From a virus: a stretch of DNA of 64,000 nucleotides. Positions within the stretch are counted from its first letter, which is position 1, and every line of letters begins with the position of its first letter. The notes under the pieces are model-generated. The model did no database searches. It saw only the letters and a list, made by a program, of their open reading frames with translations, and was not told where the DNA came from. The stretch lies in UHGV virus genome UHGV-0225074. One strand, 5' to 3'. Both the position numbers and the translations under genes were made by a program. Shown piece after piece: positions 1-9,395 of the stretch.

Positions 1-1053
1 ATGCATTTTCCTTAATGAACGACAGGAAAATAGAGCTTACGAAGTCTCGGTTCTGGTCCATAAAGTGATCGTAAAGATACTGTAAGAAGTTACCAGAGAA
101 TTCAATAATCTGATCATCGGTGTAGTTGGTATCTGCAATAGCCTTAAGCAACCAAATAGCACCTTCAGAACCCAAAATCCACAAGCTATCTGATGGAAGG
201 TCTCCAGGGTCTTGGGCAGTACCGTTCATAACATCTTCGATCGGAACCATATTACGAAGTTTAGTGTGGTATGCCCACAATTCAGTCATCAGAGGTGTGC
301 CGATAAAGCCCTGGAGAGCAACCTTAGCCAAGTTGGCAGATAGCAACTCTGCATCATAATCATATAATACATCACTGGCAAATACCCAAGTACGGGGTGT
401 GGCGTAAGAAGGACACCCGATATCCAGCATTTCTTCATAGTTTTCAATGGCGCTGTTCTTGCGTGACAGGAAACCAATGATAGAGGGATGAACACCATTC
501 TGCATGGCGAAGTCCTCAATAAACACCGTTGCGCTATACGCCAGTTCTACTAGCATCATGCGGTTAGCCAGCGGGGCTTCCAGCGGGGTTACCGCAGTAC
601 CATCACCCGCACGGTTACCCGCAGAAACTAATACAGCCCCTTCCGGGAACTGGTAGGTCCCGATACGACGATCCAGCATGATTTGGAATGCAAGTTTCTG
701 AAGGTAAGTTTCAGCGTGGAGAAGCTCATCAAGGAACACGATACCTTTCCAGTTAGGATCACGAGGCCAAAAATCCGGCAATGCGTACACTGTGCGAGTA
801 ACACCATTGTCATCGGTGTAGGGAATCTGCACCCCGGTGAGGTCCGTGTTATCTTTATCCGCCAGGCGGAAGTCTACCAGGTTATCACCAGGCCCGAAAA
901 GAGAGTCTGCTATTTGCTTCACGGCCTGACTTTTACCAATACCTGCCCCACCGAAGATCATCAGTGAACGTTTGCGACGCTGGCAAAATTGTACGAGTGG
1001 TGGAAGATCGCGTAAAGTGATCCAGTTGCCAGAAAAGATGTTACGACTTGACA
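1..1053 (-). CDS. MoxR-like AAA+ ATPase; the N-terminal ~350 aa lie in the window and the C-terminus lies beyond the window start
   Basis: Reverse-strand ATG at 1051-1053; translation MSSRNIFSGNW...IFGGAGIGKSQAV carries a Walker A motif; not in the ORF track because it is truncated by the window edge. Confidence 0.6.
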
Positions 1054-1117
1054 TTATTTGTCTCCTGTAAATGAAATTCGGGAGAAGGATACATTAATCC
1101 CTTACCCATTACAATGG

Positions 1118-1495
1118 TTATTTGTCAACCCAAACACGATTTTCATCACACCAATCATAAAAATCTTTCATGATGTCGTTGAATTCCCGCAAGGGTGTAT
1201 AATGACGAATAGGATCAGCATCATATCCCTCATTCTTACATTCTGCAATAGAGGCTAACCAATCTTGGTGTGTTGGAACATCCCGGAAATAGCCGATTAT
1301 ATCGCACAGCTCATAATCGCAGCCATTGTCCCAGTTATCATAGTTTGACTCAAGAGGGAATTTCCGTTCAAGACGACGGGCTATCTCTTTAGCAAGCTCA
1401 TGCACCGTCTTGTCTGTCCAGTCTTCCCGACCACATTCGCCACTCCGCTTATCCCAGATATCGCGGAGGTCCAGAGTTGTTTTCCAGTTAGGCAT
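1118..1495 (-). CDS. hypothetical protein (125 aa from the internal Met MPNWKTT)
   Basis: ORF 1118..1540; strong RBS AAGGAGAGG 5 nt upstream of the second ATG at 1495. Confidence 0.5.
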   Translation of the reverse strand: MPNWKTTLDLRDIWDKRSGECGREDWTDKTVHELAKEIARRLERKFPLESNYDNWDNGCDYELCDIIGYFRDVPTHQDWLASIAECKNEGYDADPIRHYTPLREFNDIMKDFYDWCDENRVWVDK

Positions 1496-1635
1496 TGTTC
1501 CTCTCCTTATATCTTCCTCGCCAAGGGCCGAAACGCCCACATTTTAGACATTCCCAGCTGCGTTGCCCGTAAATGATGGTCTTGCCGATTTCTTTATTTC
1601 GACAATTTGGGCAAGAGTATACTATCCTACCACCT

Positions 1636-2139
1636 TTAGACAGCATTTTTCACCTTCCTCAACTCGAATTCATCGCCATAGCCTATCATATGCCCCTTGG
1701 CTGTGATCACCTTTTCGCCAAACACACTGCCAGTGCATTTACCAATGAATACCTCTGGCATATCCTCTTCTTCCAAGAGGATATTCACATTGAAAATACC
1801 GTGATAATGAGTTGCCATACAATGCGGGGCATTTTTATTTTTATTATCATATTTCTTCCACACACCATGCCCAACATAGCGGTACATATTATACTTATAC
1901 CACGTGTACGAACCCCACAAATCATAGGCTATATGGTCAACCTTCACGTTTACCAGACGACCTGTTTCCTTCAATAGCTCTTTATGCTCAGATCTTAGTT
2001 TCTTTATGGTTTCTTTAGCTCTCTCATAATACTCCAGATAACGATCAGCTCGCCGCATCATAACATCGAGAATACGTTCCTGGGTAGCACCACTGCCTAC
2101 TAAAGAGTCGTACATATCCTTACTTGATTTGATAGTCAT
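1636..2139 (-). CDS. hypothetical protein (167 aa)
   Basis: Long ORF co-oriented with its neighbours; no recognisable motif. Confidence 0.5.
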   Translation of the reverse strand: MTIKSSKDMYDSLVGSGATQERILDVMMRRADRYLEYYERAKETIKKLRSEHKELLKETGRLVNVKVDHIAYDLWGSYTWYKYNMYRYVGHGVWKKYDNKNKNAPHCMATHYHGIFNVNILLEEEDMPEVFIGKCTGSVFGEKVITAKGHMIGYGDEFELRKVKNAV

Positions 2140-2152
2140 CAGTGGCTCGCCT

Positions 2153-2662
2153 CTATAGTTTAGATAAAACGTTGATTGCTTCGTGGTGTTCTTTCATCTT
2201 TGTCAGACGAAGGTACATGTCGTGATACTTACGAATACGGAGTAGGTCTTTATCACCAAGACCTTTCAAGCGGCGAACATCAGAGTTGTGACGCAGGTCT
2301 GCAAGTTTCACACGAATTGCATCGTAATTGCTTGCAATACCCTGAAAATACTCCTCCGGCGTCTGGTTTGGTGTCTTCGTCAGCAGAACCACTGCACAGA
2401 CAACACGGTTGGAGAATCCCATCATCACAAGGTCAGCCGCCATAACGTCAGTATCTTCGACAACATCATGCAATGCTGCGATCGCCATAAGTTGAAAATC
2501 ATCGGTCTTCAGGTAGTGCATTACCTTCAGCGGATGAAGGATGTACGGGTTACCACCCTTATCTTTCTGATTCAGGTGGCCTTCTGCTGCAATTTTAATT
2601 GCCAAAGCAAGTTCTTGTGCTGGACTTAAAGCTTGAATACAACTCTTGTCTGTTGATACCAT
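2153..2662 (-). CDS. HD-domain protein, (p)ppGpp pyrophosphohydrolase-like (SpoT/MESH1-type small alarmone hydrolase)
   Basis: HD motif ...AALHDVVEDTDV... and an overall 169-aa layout typical of SpoT-type HD hydrolases. Confidence 0.55.
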   Translation of the reverse strand: MVSTDKSCIQALSPAQELALAIKIAAEGHLNQKDKGGNPYILHPLKVMHYLKTDDFQLMAIAALHDVVEDTDVMAADLVMMGFSNRVVCAVVLLTKTPNQTPEEYFQGIASNYDAIRVKLADLRHNSDVRRLKGLGDKDLLRIRKYHDMYLRLTKMKEHHEAINVLSKL

Positions 2663-3612
2663 TTGACAGCTTCCTCTAGGTTAAAGGGTTTTATGTTCAG
2701 TCTATCGAAAGATTTTACGTTGTCAAGCCAAAATTCATCTTCATACCCTGCGATCGACATCATCATCAGTTCTTCTTCTGTTGGGGAATCCCCCTCCATC
2801 ATACTCTGTAGCTTAGGGTCATATTCCAAGTGGAACATTGTTTCTTTCGGGGAGCAAACGAACATTGCCTTACGTGCCTTATTAGCGATCTTTCTGTTCA
2901 TGATGTTGATAACCGAATGATTTATTTGGCTACAAATACGATCTAATGCGGAAGGCTCAAGATAGTCAGAGTAAAGAACCAAATCACCACTGATCAGCCT
3001 TACATTTTTAAGGGTGAATCTCTCCGCCTTACGCGGGGTCATCCAAGATTGGATAGGGGCATTTTTTTGATAACCGGTGTATTCGACAACCAAACGAAGA
3101 GCAAGAGCATCCCTTGACATCCCCACCAAAAGCTGCTTTATACACTCAAGAAAATACTTAGTACGGTAGTTAAAATTGCAGAACCCACCAAGAAATGCTT
3201 CACCGCAACCGTGACCATAAATATCGATGGAGATTGTTTCTACAAAGCGATGTGTCCAAGGGTCGCCACCCGTAATATGTGATTGGTGGGCTATTTCCAT
3301 ACGTGAAACATTTAGCTTCTGACTCATATCAGAACCATACTCCCGGACATCACCGGAATGCCATTGCCAATAAAAAGGGCCACCATGCGCCGGGAGTTTA
3401 TGGATACATGACAAAAATATGTCCAATATGGGGTTCGAATCCTGTACCCCTTGAAGATAATCTCTAAAGCGGGTGATAGGATTGTCAACATATTTGTCCC
3501 TCTCAAAAGTTGAAAGAAATCTCTCTTGAGCAGCCACCTTCCCTTGTAACAACTTATCTATGAAATCTCGCTCCTCATTCCAAGCTTTTAAATTAATATC
3601 TACTTTGCTCAT
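2626..3612 (-). CDS. hypothetical protein (329 aa; start taken at MSKVDINLKAW)
   Basis: ORF 2626..3675; the internal ATG at 3612 is preceded by AAGAGGGTAAGTGAG RBS-like sequence. Confidence 0.5.
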   Translation of the reverse strand: MSKVDINLKAWNEERDFIDKLLQGKVAAQERFLSTFERDKYVDNPITRFRDYLQGVQDSNPILDIFLSCIHKLPAHGGPFYWQWHSGDVREYGSDMSQKLNVSRMEIAHQSHITGGDPWTHRFVETISIDIYGHGCGEAFLGGFCNFNYRTKYFLECIKQLLVGMSRDALALRLVVEYTGYQKNAPIQSWMTPRKAERFTLKNVRLISGDLVLYSDYLEPSALDRICSQINHSVINIMNRKIANKARKAMFVCSPKETMFHLEYDPKLQSMMEGDSPTEEELMMMSIAGYEDEFWLDNVKSFDRLNIKPFNLEEAVKWYQQTRVVFKL

Positions 3613-3678
3613 AATCTCACTTACCCTCTTATACGAATAATGAACAAAGATACACCACCACTTTTTAGAAATCAAGGG

Positions 3679-3707
3679 TTGACAACCCTTTCCCGAATGG
3701 TGATAAT
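3679..3707 (+). promoter_or_regulatory. sigma70-type promoter (TTGACA-17-GATAAT) opening the plus-strand block
   Basis: TTGACA at 3679-3684, 17-nt spacer, GATAAT at 3702-3707; followed by an AAGGAG RBS and the ATG at 3746. Confidence 0.6.
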
Positions 3708-3745
3708 CATCTTACTAAGAACGGGTAAGACCCAAGGAGTTAGAA

Positions 3746-4612
3746 ATGTCGGTATTACAAGAGTTTACACCTGAAGAAGTTGAAAAGTTGAGGAATCGTT
3801 TGAAGCATAAGAGGTTGAATGCTCGAAAACGGGGCCTTGACTGTGATTTAACAATGCAAGATATGCGTATGCTCGGATTCAAGCTTCTGGGTCACGGCTC
3901 TTGTGATTACACGGGGCTACCTTTCAGTACCAACATCGCGAATGATGGTGAGGAAGCTAACCCAAGGTATCCGTCTATAGAGAGAATCGATGACTCGAAA
4001 GGGTATGTCCGGGGAAACGTCTGTGTTGTTATGGCTCGTGCAAACCAGCTTAAGGACCGTCTGGTTGACAAAACAACTTCGATCCTGATCCAAGATTTGC
4101 TTGACAGGGAAATAGTAAAGGCCATGATGTTGAACATGTCCAAAGACCACCTTGAAAAACTGAAAACCAAATATATCCCACAACAGGAGAACGAAATGAA
4201 TACTGAAGAGACAATGCAGGACGCTATGGATAATGCTGAAGAACATGTTCACAACCAAAAACCTGCGGCGGAAGAGACAAGTGCTCCGAAAGAGGCCCAG
4301 AAGTTGCCTGAGGACGTCTCTGTTGCATTGGCGTATGCCCGTTACTGCAACACCTTCCACGAGGCTGGAATGTCTGTATCGGTCACCTATTCGCAATTTA
4401 AGGCACGATACATTCGCAACACCTGTGCATTATCTAGTGAAAAATTAACTGAAGAACCGAAATCTATTCTGATTCTGGATCTGAACATTGGCTTTGCCAA
4501 AGATAATTTCATCATTGTCTCCAAGAAAATGGAAACTGCTATGACCCAACTGATGATCCAGACGGGCCTGAGCCTGCCAAAAGTTGCAGCAATGCTGAAC
4601 AAGGTGGTGTAA
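3746..4612 (+). CDS. HNH-type endonuclease-like N-terminal domain fused to a long acidic/coiled C-terminal region
   Basis: N-terminus GSCDYTGLPF...PSIERIDDSKGYVRGNVCVVMARANQLK resembles phage HNH homing endonucleases; perfect AAGGAG RBS. Confidence 0.45.
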   Translation: MSVLQEFTPEEVEKLRNRLKHKRLNARKRGLDCDLTMQDMRMLGFKLLGHGSCDYTGLPFSTNIANDGEEANPRYPSIERIDDSKGYVRGNVCVVMARANQLKDRLVDKTTSILIQDLLDREIVKAMMLNMSKDHLEKLKTKYIPQQENEMNTEETMQDAMDNAEEHVHNQKPAAEETSAPKEAQKLPEDVSVALAYARYCNTFHEAGMSVSVTYSQFKARYIRNTCALSSEKLTEEPKSILILDLNIGFAKDNFIIVSKKMETAMTQLMIQTGLSLPKVAAMLNKVV

Positions 4613-4872
4613 TGTACGAGGATATCTTGGGCAGGCCTGCATCCGCACCAGAGCAAAAAATGCTGAATGCTGGCTTCAGGCCGGGTCTTAGTTTCGGGGA
4701 TCTGGTAGAGACTTTCACAGAGAACGCGATTCGCGGGGCTATCGATGGGATCGTCTTGTTTGCTGTTCCTCACCTTCCTGGAGCGCCGGGTCCGCAATTG
4801 GCCTGGGGTTTCAGGATTGAAGGGATAGATGAATTTTTACCCCAAATTGCATTGCAAAGGGTGATGAATTAA
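4612..4872 (+). CDS. hypothetical protein (86 aa)
   Basis: TAATG stop/start overlap with the upstream gene; followed by a terminator. Confidence 0.4.
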   Translation: MYEDILGRPASAPEQKMLNAGFRPGLSFGDLVETFTENAIRGAIDGIVLFAVPHLPGAPGPQLAWGFRIEGIDEFLPQIALQRVMN

Positions 4873-4882
4873 CCTATAATAA

Positions 4883-4910
4883 GGCCATCGTAACTGATGG
4901 CCTTTTTTCT
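4883..4910 (+). terminator. intrinsic terminator (GGCCATC-loop-GATGGCC followed by T8)
   Basis: 7-bp perfect stem followed by TTTTTTCT. Confidence 0.6.
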
Positions 4911-4921
4911 TGGAGATAAGA

Positions 4922-6349
4922 ATGTATACAGATGAAAAAGAAAGCATTATGGAACTGGCTGATGAAGCACTGAAGAAAGTTCAGTCTGCCCGCATCGCTT
5001 TACTTACTAATCGACCATTCTACGGGACGCTCTTAAGCGGTATGCCGCTGATAGTTGACTGTGCATGGCTTCCAACCGCAGCGACTGATCATCGCAACCT
5101 ATACTTTAACCCAGAGTTCATTATGGGTATGCCTGTTGATCGCAAGAAAAAAGTCTTTGCTCGTATTGACAAGCATCCGATGATGACACAACAGCAAAAA
5201 GATGAATATAAAGAATATGTTGATGTCTTCTATCGTCAAAAAACCATGAAGGAAATTGTATTTATTCTAATGCATGAGGTCCGCCATGTCACCAACGACC
5301 ACATGTCTCGTGGGAAAACATTTGACCGTAGACGTTTCAATATCGCAGCCGATCACTATATCAACACCGACCTGGTCAAGGAGTTGGGCCAGAAAGCCGA
5401 GAGTTTGAAATGGTTCACTCATCGGCAAGTCTTTGATAAGACAAAAGAATTTGGATTCCTTGCTTACTGCTATTGTGACTATCAGTACGAGGGAAAAACG
5501 GCTGAAGAGATTTATGCTCTGTTGCCGGATGAAGCTGGTGATGGTAAAGGTAAGCCGCTGGGGGCGCACATCGGGGATTATGATAAAGACCTAGATATTC
5601 TGGGGTATACAGACCCACACCCACAGAAGTCTCCTGATCAGGAAGATGAGGATATGTCTTGGTCTGAGGACATGATTGACGCCGCTATGAAAGCCGCTGG
5701 CGGTGAAGGACCGAAAGAAGCCAGAGAATTAATCGCACAAAAAGGTAAACCGAAGATTAATTACCTGCAAATAATTAAGCAACGAATGATTTCTCGTGTT
5801 AAATCTGATCGTACTTATCGGGTTTTAGGTCGTCGGTCCGGCGGGATGACAAAAGTTCTTCGTGATCACGGTGCTTTAACTAAGAAACAGTTCATGGTTA
5901 TGCCTGGCAGAAAAAGAACAGAGACTGTTGATATTGTAATCGGTTTTGACGTTTCAGGCTCTATCTCTCGTCAAACAATGACGCGTATCTTCAATGAGAT
6001 AATCGCTTTGAGCACCCTGTACCAATGTTTCCGTATTACATTGTTCTGTTGGTCAACCCAAGTTGGCAACGTCAACGTGTATACACAGGACAACATAAAG
6101 GAAATTCTGGATTATAGAGTTACATCGACTGGTGGAACGACTGCGGCATGTGCTTTTGAGTACATCGATGAGTTTATTCCTAAGGCAAAAGAGGTTATAA
6201 TCTTCACAGATGGTTACATAGAGGACCTGAGGCATCGTGGCTCAAGCTGGGGGCGTAAGTACAACACTCTCTGGGTTATCTGCGGTGGTCGTAAGGGTTG
6301 GTTAGCTCCATTCGGGAAGGCGGTAGATTTGGATGAGCACTTTAAATAA
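4922..6349 (+). CDS. DUF2201-type putative metallopeptidase N-domain plus von Willebrand factor A (vWA) domain protein
   Basis: HEVRHV (HExxH) in the N-half; vWA MIDAS-like motif VIGFDVSGSIS...TDG in the C-half; RBS GGAGATAAG before the ATG at 4922 (the ORF track starts at an upstream TTG). Confidence 0.55.
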   Translation: MYTDEKESIMELADEALKKVQSARIALLTNRPFYGTLLSGMPLIVDCAWLPTAATDHRNLYFNPEFIMGMPVDRKKKVFARIDKHPMMTQQQKDEYKEYVDVFYRQKTMKEIVFILMHEVRHVTNDHMSRGKTFDRRRFNIAADHYINTDLVKELGQKAESLKWFTHRQVFDKTKEFGFLAYCYCDYQYEGKTAEEIYALLPDEAGDGKGKPLGAHIGDYDKDLDILGYTDPHPQKSPDQEDEDMSWSEDMIDAAMKAAGGEGPKEARELIAQKGKPKINYLQIIKQRMISRVKSDRTYRVLGRRSGGMTKVLRDHGALTKKQFMVMPGRKRTETVDIVIGFDVSGSISRQTMTRIFNEIIALSTLYQCFRITLFCWSTQVGNVNVYTQDNIKEILDYRVTSTGGTTAACAFEYIDEFIPKAKEVIIFTDGYIEDLRHRGSSWGRKYNTLWVICGGRKGWLAPFGKAVDLDEHFK

Positions 6350-6740
6350 GAAAGTTGTCCACAATTTAGATTTTGAGGTTTACTTGATGGGGCTTGGTTG
6401 TTGTCTCATTGTGAACTTTGAAGTACAAAATGGTCATGATCTGACTGGCTATAGGTATGACATTTTCTGTAACAGGAAGATTGTCGAGGTATATGGTGCC
6501 GGAGAAGGTGGTGAGAGGGAGATTCTCATCTCCAGGGATTTCACGGATGATCCCCTCCACATCACAGAAGAAGAGCTTAGTCTGGTCGAAGTTATGATGA
6601 CACACTTGTCTCCATTCGAGAGAAGTTTGCACAAACTTGGATGTGATCTGGCTGTTCTTCACCACAATGATGCATCTCAAGAATATGCCCAAGAGGTTGT
6701 TAAAAATCACTTGAATAATTATCTGGAGGTAGAAACATGA
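6333..6740 (+). CDS. hypothetical protein (135 aa)
   Basis: ORF overlapping the upstream stop by 17 nt; AAGGCGG-type RBS. Confidence 0.4.
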   Translation: MSTLNKKVVHNLDFEVYLMGLGCCLIVNFEVQNGHDLTGYRYDIFCNRKIVEVYGAGEGGEREILISRDFTDDPLHITEEELSLVEVMMTHLSPFERSLHKLGCDLAVLHHNDASQEYAQEVVKNHLNNYLEVET

Positions 6741-7033
6741 GAATCTCTAAGAGTTTCAGTGTTTTATGCTCTTATGGGATGATATCCAATCTGAAGTTAT
6801 CTTCAACGGATATCCGCATTTACCTGTACTTGAAATTCAGGTGGCAGTTCTTTCACAGCAAAGGCTCAGAGTTTTGTGAATCAACCACCACTATCTCTGA
6901 AGAGGTTGGTGTTTCTGAAAGGACTGTTCGTCGGTCTATGGAGAAATTAGAAGAGTTGGGATACCTAGAGGTAGTCAACCGACCAGGAAAAACCAGCCTG
7001 TATATCACCAAAGATGAGGTGGCTATTAAGTAA
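6737..7033 (+). CDS. winged helix-turn-helix DNA-binding protein
   Basis: C-terminal ...ISEEVGVSERTVRRSMEKLEELGYLEV... is a typical wHTH; ATGA overlap with the upstream gene. Confidence 0.45.
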   Translation: MRISKSFSVLCSYGMISNLKLSSTDIRIYLYLKFRWQFFHSKGSEFCESTTTISEEVGVSERTVRRSMEKLEELGYLEVVNRPGKTSLYITKDEVAIK

Positions 7034-7124
7034 CCAACCCCGGACACTGGTGACCGGACACCCCGGACATGGATGACCTACGACATAATAAAGAATAAAA
7101 CAATAAAGATAATAAAACCTAAAA

Positions 7125-7156
7125 CATAGATCTTTATAAAAAGATCTTGATCTATG
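7125..7156. promoter_or_regulatory. 32-bp imperfect palindrome CATAGATCTTTATAAAAAGATCTTGATCTATG; candidate operator or hairpin
   Basis: AGATCTTT/AAAGATCT 8-bp arms nested inside CATAGATC/GATCTATG; lies 90 bp downstream of the wHTH gene and upstream of a TTGATC-16-TATAGT promoter-like sequence. Confidence 0.4.
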
Positions 7157-7256
7157 GTTTAGTTAGTGTATAGTTAGTTTCAAGAGGAAGTGATGAATCA
7201 CTTCAGATGTGTGGAAGTGCAATGTGTTCGGAGCCACGGGCGACAGGAGCTTCTAA

Positions 7257-7508
7257 ATGCGACGATTAACTGGGGGCGGCGCGAGCCGTACTGAGATGGA
7301 AGTTATAAAACTACGAAAAACGTGGAATAACCTTGTTGGTGGAAGACGAGGTACGGTAAAAATGCATTTGGTGGCCAGCTTTATTGACCAAGGTCAACAC
7401 GTTGCAACATATCGTTGGTGGTCAAGAAAATATGGCTGGCAATATGAGACCAAACCTGCATACCTTTATGCACAGACATGGCGGCTAATGGAAAAATGGA
7501 ATGACTAA
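7257..7508 (+). CDS. hypothetical protein (83 aa)
   Basis: AGGAG RBS 7 nt upstream of the ATG. Confidence 0.4.
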   Translation: MRRLTGGGASRTEMEVIKLRKTWNNLVGGRRGTVKMHLVASFIDQGQHVATYRWWSRKYGWQYETKPAYLYAQTWRLMEKWND

Positions 7509-7574
7509 ACAACAAGCTTGGACACTTGACAAGGGCATAGAAGCACTAGATTCAACCCTAAACAAGGATAAAAA

Positions 7575-7835
7575 ATGAAAACGATCCGTATCCGTCAACA
7601 CCGTGGTGGCCTGTTGGAAAGCAAACAAACAGAGAAAGAAATTCCTGCCACCAAAGAAGCTGTGCTTGAATACGTTGTAGATTCTGGTATGATTATGACT
7701 ATGCTTCCTCTGGGAGCTGATGATGTTGTGGTTGTACCTTACTATGAAGATGGTAAGGACAAGATTTATATGGTGAAGGTATTCTCTATGCCCTTCGGCT
7801 TCATTGAAACTGTTGGAAATTTAACACTTAATTAA
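7575..7835 (+). CDS. hypothetical protein (86 aa)
   Basis: AAGGA RBS; co-oriented. Confidence 0.4.
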   Translation: MKTIRIRQHRGGLLESKQTEKEIPATKEAVLEYVVDSGMIMTMLPLGADDVVVVPYYEDGKDKIYMVKVFSMPFGFIETVGNLTLN

Positions 7836-7860
7836 AGTTATCCTAAGAGGAGATTACAAA

Positions 7861-8517
7861 ATGGGTTCATGGCCTTTTCTGATTTATGTAATTGATGTTC
7901 TGACTACAGACGGTAATTATGGTGGTTGGGTTGCTCTGATGCTTATCTCTGCTCTCGCATACGCCGCCTGCTATTTCGGTCAGAAGATTTATGAAGATCT
8001 TGAGAAGAATGGTACAGCCTTAGGGTATCAGTTCTTCGAAGGTGAAAACCTGATTCTTAACCAAGACTGGAATGGATGTAAGGCCGGGGATACGATTGAA
8101 ATCGTTACGGTATGGAACAGTGATAATACGCTTCGAGTTCGCTTGCCGAATGGAAGGGTCTCCAGCAACGATATTAAGCAGTCCACAATCTACAAAGTAA
8201 CCCGGAAGGAAGGCCAATCAACAACACCTGTTGTGGTAAAGGATGTTACCAAAGGCCCACGTAAGATCGCAGTCTTTGGCATGGTGATCTGCTTCATTGG
8301 TATCCTGTATGCTAACTTTATGCCTCAGAAAGAAACTGCGTATAAAATGCTGGCAGCGTATGTAGGTCAGAATGTGGTTGAGTCACCACGTACACAACAA
8401 CTGGCTGATAGCACCATTAAGTATCTTGATGCTCAAATCAAGAAATATACTGATGAGCTTGATGCCACTACGAAAAAAGAAAAGGCAGAGAAATCTAAGG
8501 CGGAGGATAAGCAATAA
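7861..8517 (+). CDS. membrane protein (two predicted TM segments) with a C-terminal lysine-rich tail
   Basis: Hydrophobic stretches WVALMLISALAYAACYF and IAVFGMVICFIGILYA; AGAGGAG RBS. Confidence 0.45.
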   Translation: MGSWPFLIYVIDVLTTDGNYGGWVALMLISALAYAACYFGQKIYEDLEKNGTALGYQFFEGENLILNQDWNGCKAGDTIEIVTVWNSDNTLRVRLPNGRVSSNDIKQSTIYKVTRKEGQSTTPVVVKDVTKGPRKIAVFGMVICFIGILYANFMPQKETAYKMLAAYVGQNVVESPRTQQLADSTIKYLDAQIKKYTDELDATTKKEKAEKSKAEDKQ

Positions 8518-8774
8518 TGGAAAAATACTTAGAGGTTGAAGAGGATACTGAATTTTACCGTGGTCGAGCAGAAGTTATGGAATCTTGCTGTAATCCAGGA
8601 ATGGTTCTGATCCAACTCTGGATGACGGATAAGACCAACGATGATCGTGACAGTGCAGGCATCCGTCTCACTCGTACTCAGGCCCGTCAGGTGGCAAACC
8701 ACCTGAATAATCTGGCAGATCAACTCTTCTTTGAAGAACAAGAGAGTAAAAAAGGTGCAAATGAAACTATTTGA
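8517..8774 (+). CDS. hypothetical protein (85 aa)
   Basis: TAATG overlap with the upstream gene. Confidence 0.4.
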   Translation: MEKYLEVEEDTEFYRGRAEVMESCCNPGMVLIQLWMTDKTNDDRDSAGIRLTRTQARQVANHLNNLADQLFFEEQESKKGANETI

Positions 8775-9108
8775 TCGTAGGCGGATAGCACTTGACTTTG
8801 ATGATACTTTCACGTTAAATCCAACCATGTGGCAACACATTGTTGACCTGATGATCATCGAAGGTGATTTTGATGTTCGTTTCGTTACCTTTCGATATCC
8901 AACTGATGATAATGCGGATATTGAATTCTGGGCTAAAGAGATGGATATCAAGGTAATTTACTGTAGTGGTGTACAAAAGGCCCAAGTGTGTGCAGAAAAC
9001 GGCTGGACACCAGATGTCTGGATTGATGATATGCCAATCCTGATTCCAATGAAACAGCAACTCCAGGGCATGATCCTTGGTATTGAAAAGAACGAGGGTA
9101 AGCCATGA
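8761..9108 (+). CDS. HAD-superfamily hydrolase-like protein (start at MKLFDRRR)
   Basis: HAD motif I IALDFDDTFT and acidic motif VWIDDMP; AAGGTG RBS before the ATG at 8761. Confidence 0.4.
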   Translation: MKLFDRRRIALDFDDTFTLNPTMWQHIVDLMIIEGDFDVRFVTFRYPTDDNADIEFWAKEMDIKVIYCSGVQKAQVCAENGWTPDVWIDDMPILIPMKQQLQGMILGIEKNEGKP

Positions 9109-9395
9109 AATTCGAAGAATGGTTATCGCAACAAGATGGGGTTATTGAAGTAGATTGCGGCTGTGTTACCGCAGAAGCTTTTTATCACTGGATGCGCGTA
9201 GCTTATGAGGCTGGCAACTCTCCGGTAGTGCCGGATGATGTGTCGATATTCGAAGCGGCAATTGAAGAATGTAAAACGTGCGACTCAATTGATGAGCATG
9301 CATGGAATCATGGCGTTTTGGTCGTGATGGCGAAGTATGAATCCTGCCGCGCCGCCATGCTCGCAGCCGCCCCGCAGGAGGTGAGATATGGCTAA
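9105..9395 (+). CDS. hypothetical protein (96 aa)
   Basis: ATGA overlap with the upstream gene. Confidence 0.4.
   Translation: MKFEEWLSQQDGVIEVDCGCVTAEAFYHWMRVAYEAGNSPVVPDDVSIFEAAIEECKTCDSIDEHAWNHGVLVVMAKYESCRAAMLAAAPQEVRYG

Noticed and set aside
3420-3445. tRNA-like T-loop sequence GGTTCGAATCC
   Set aside because: It lies inside the minus-strand CDS 2626-3612. No complementary acceptor or T stems can be drawn around it, so it is a chance match.
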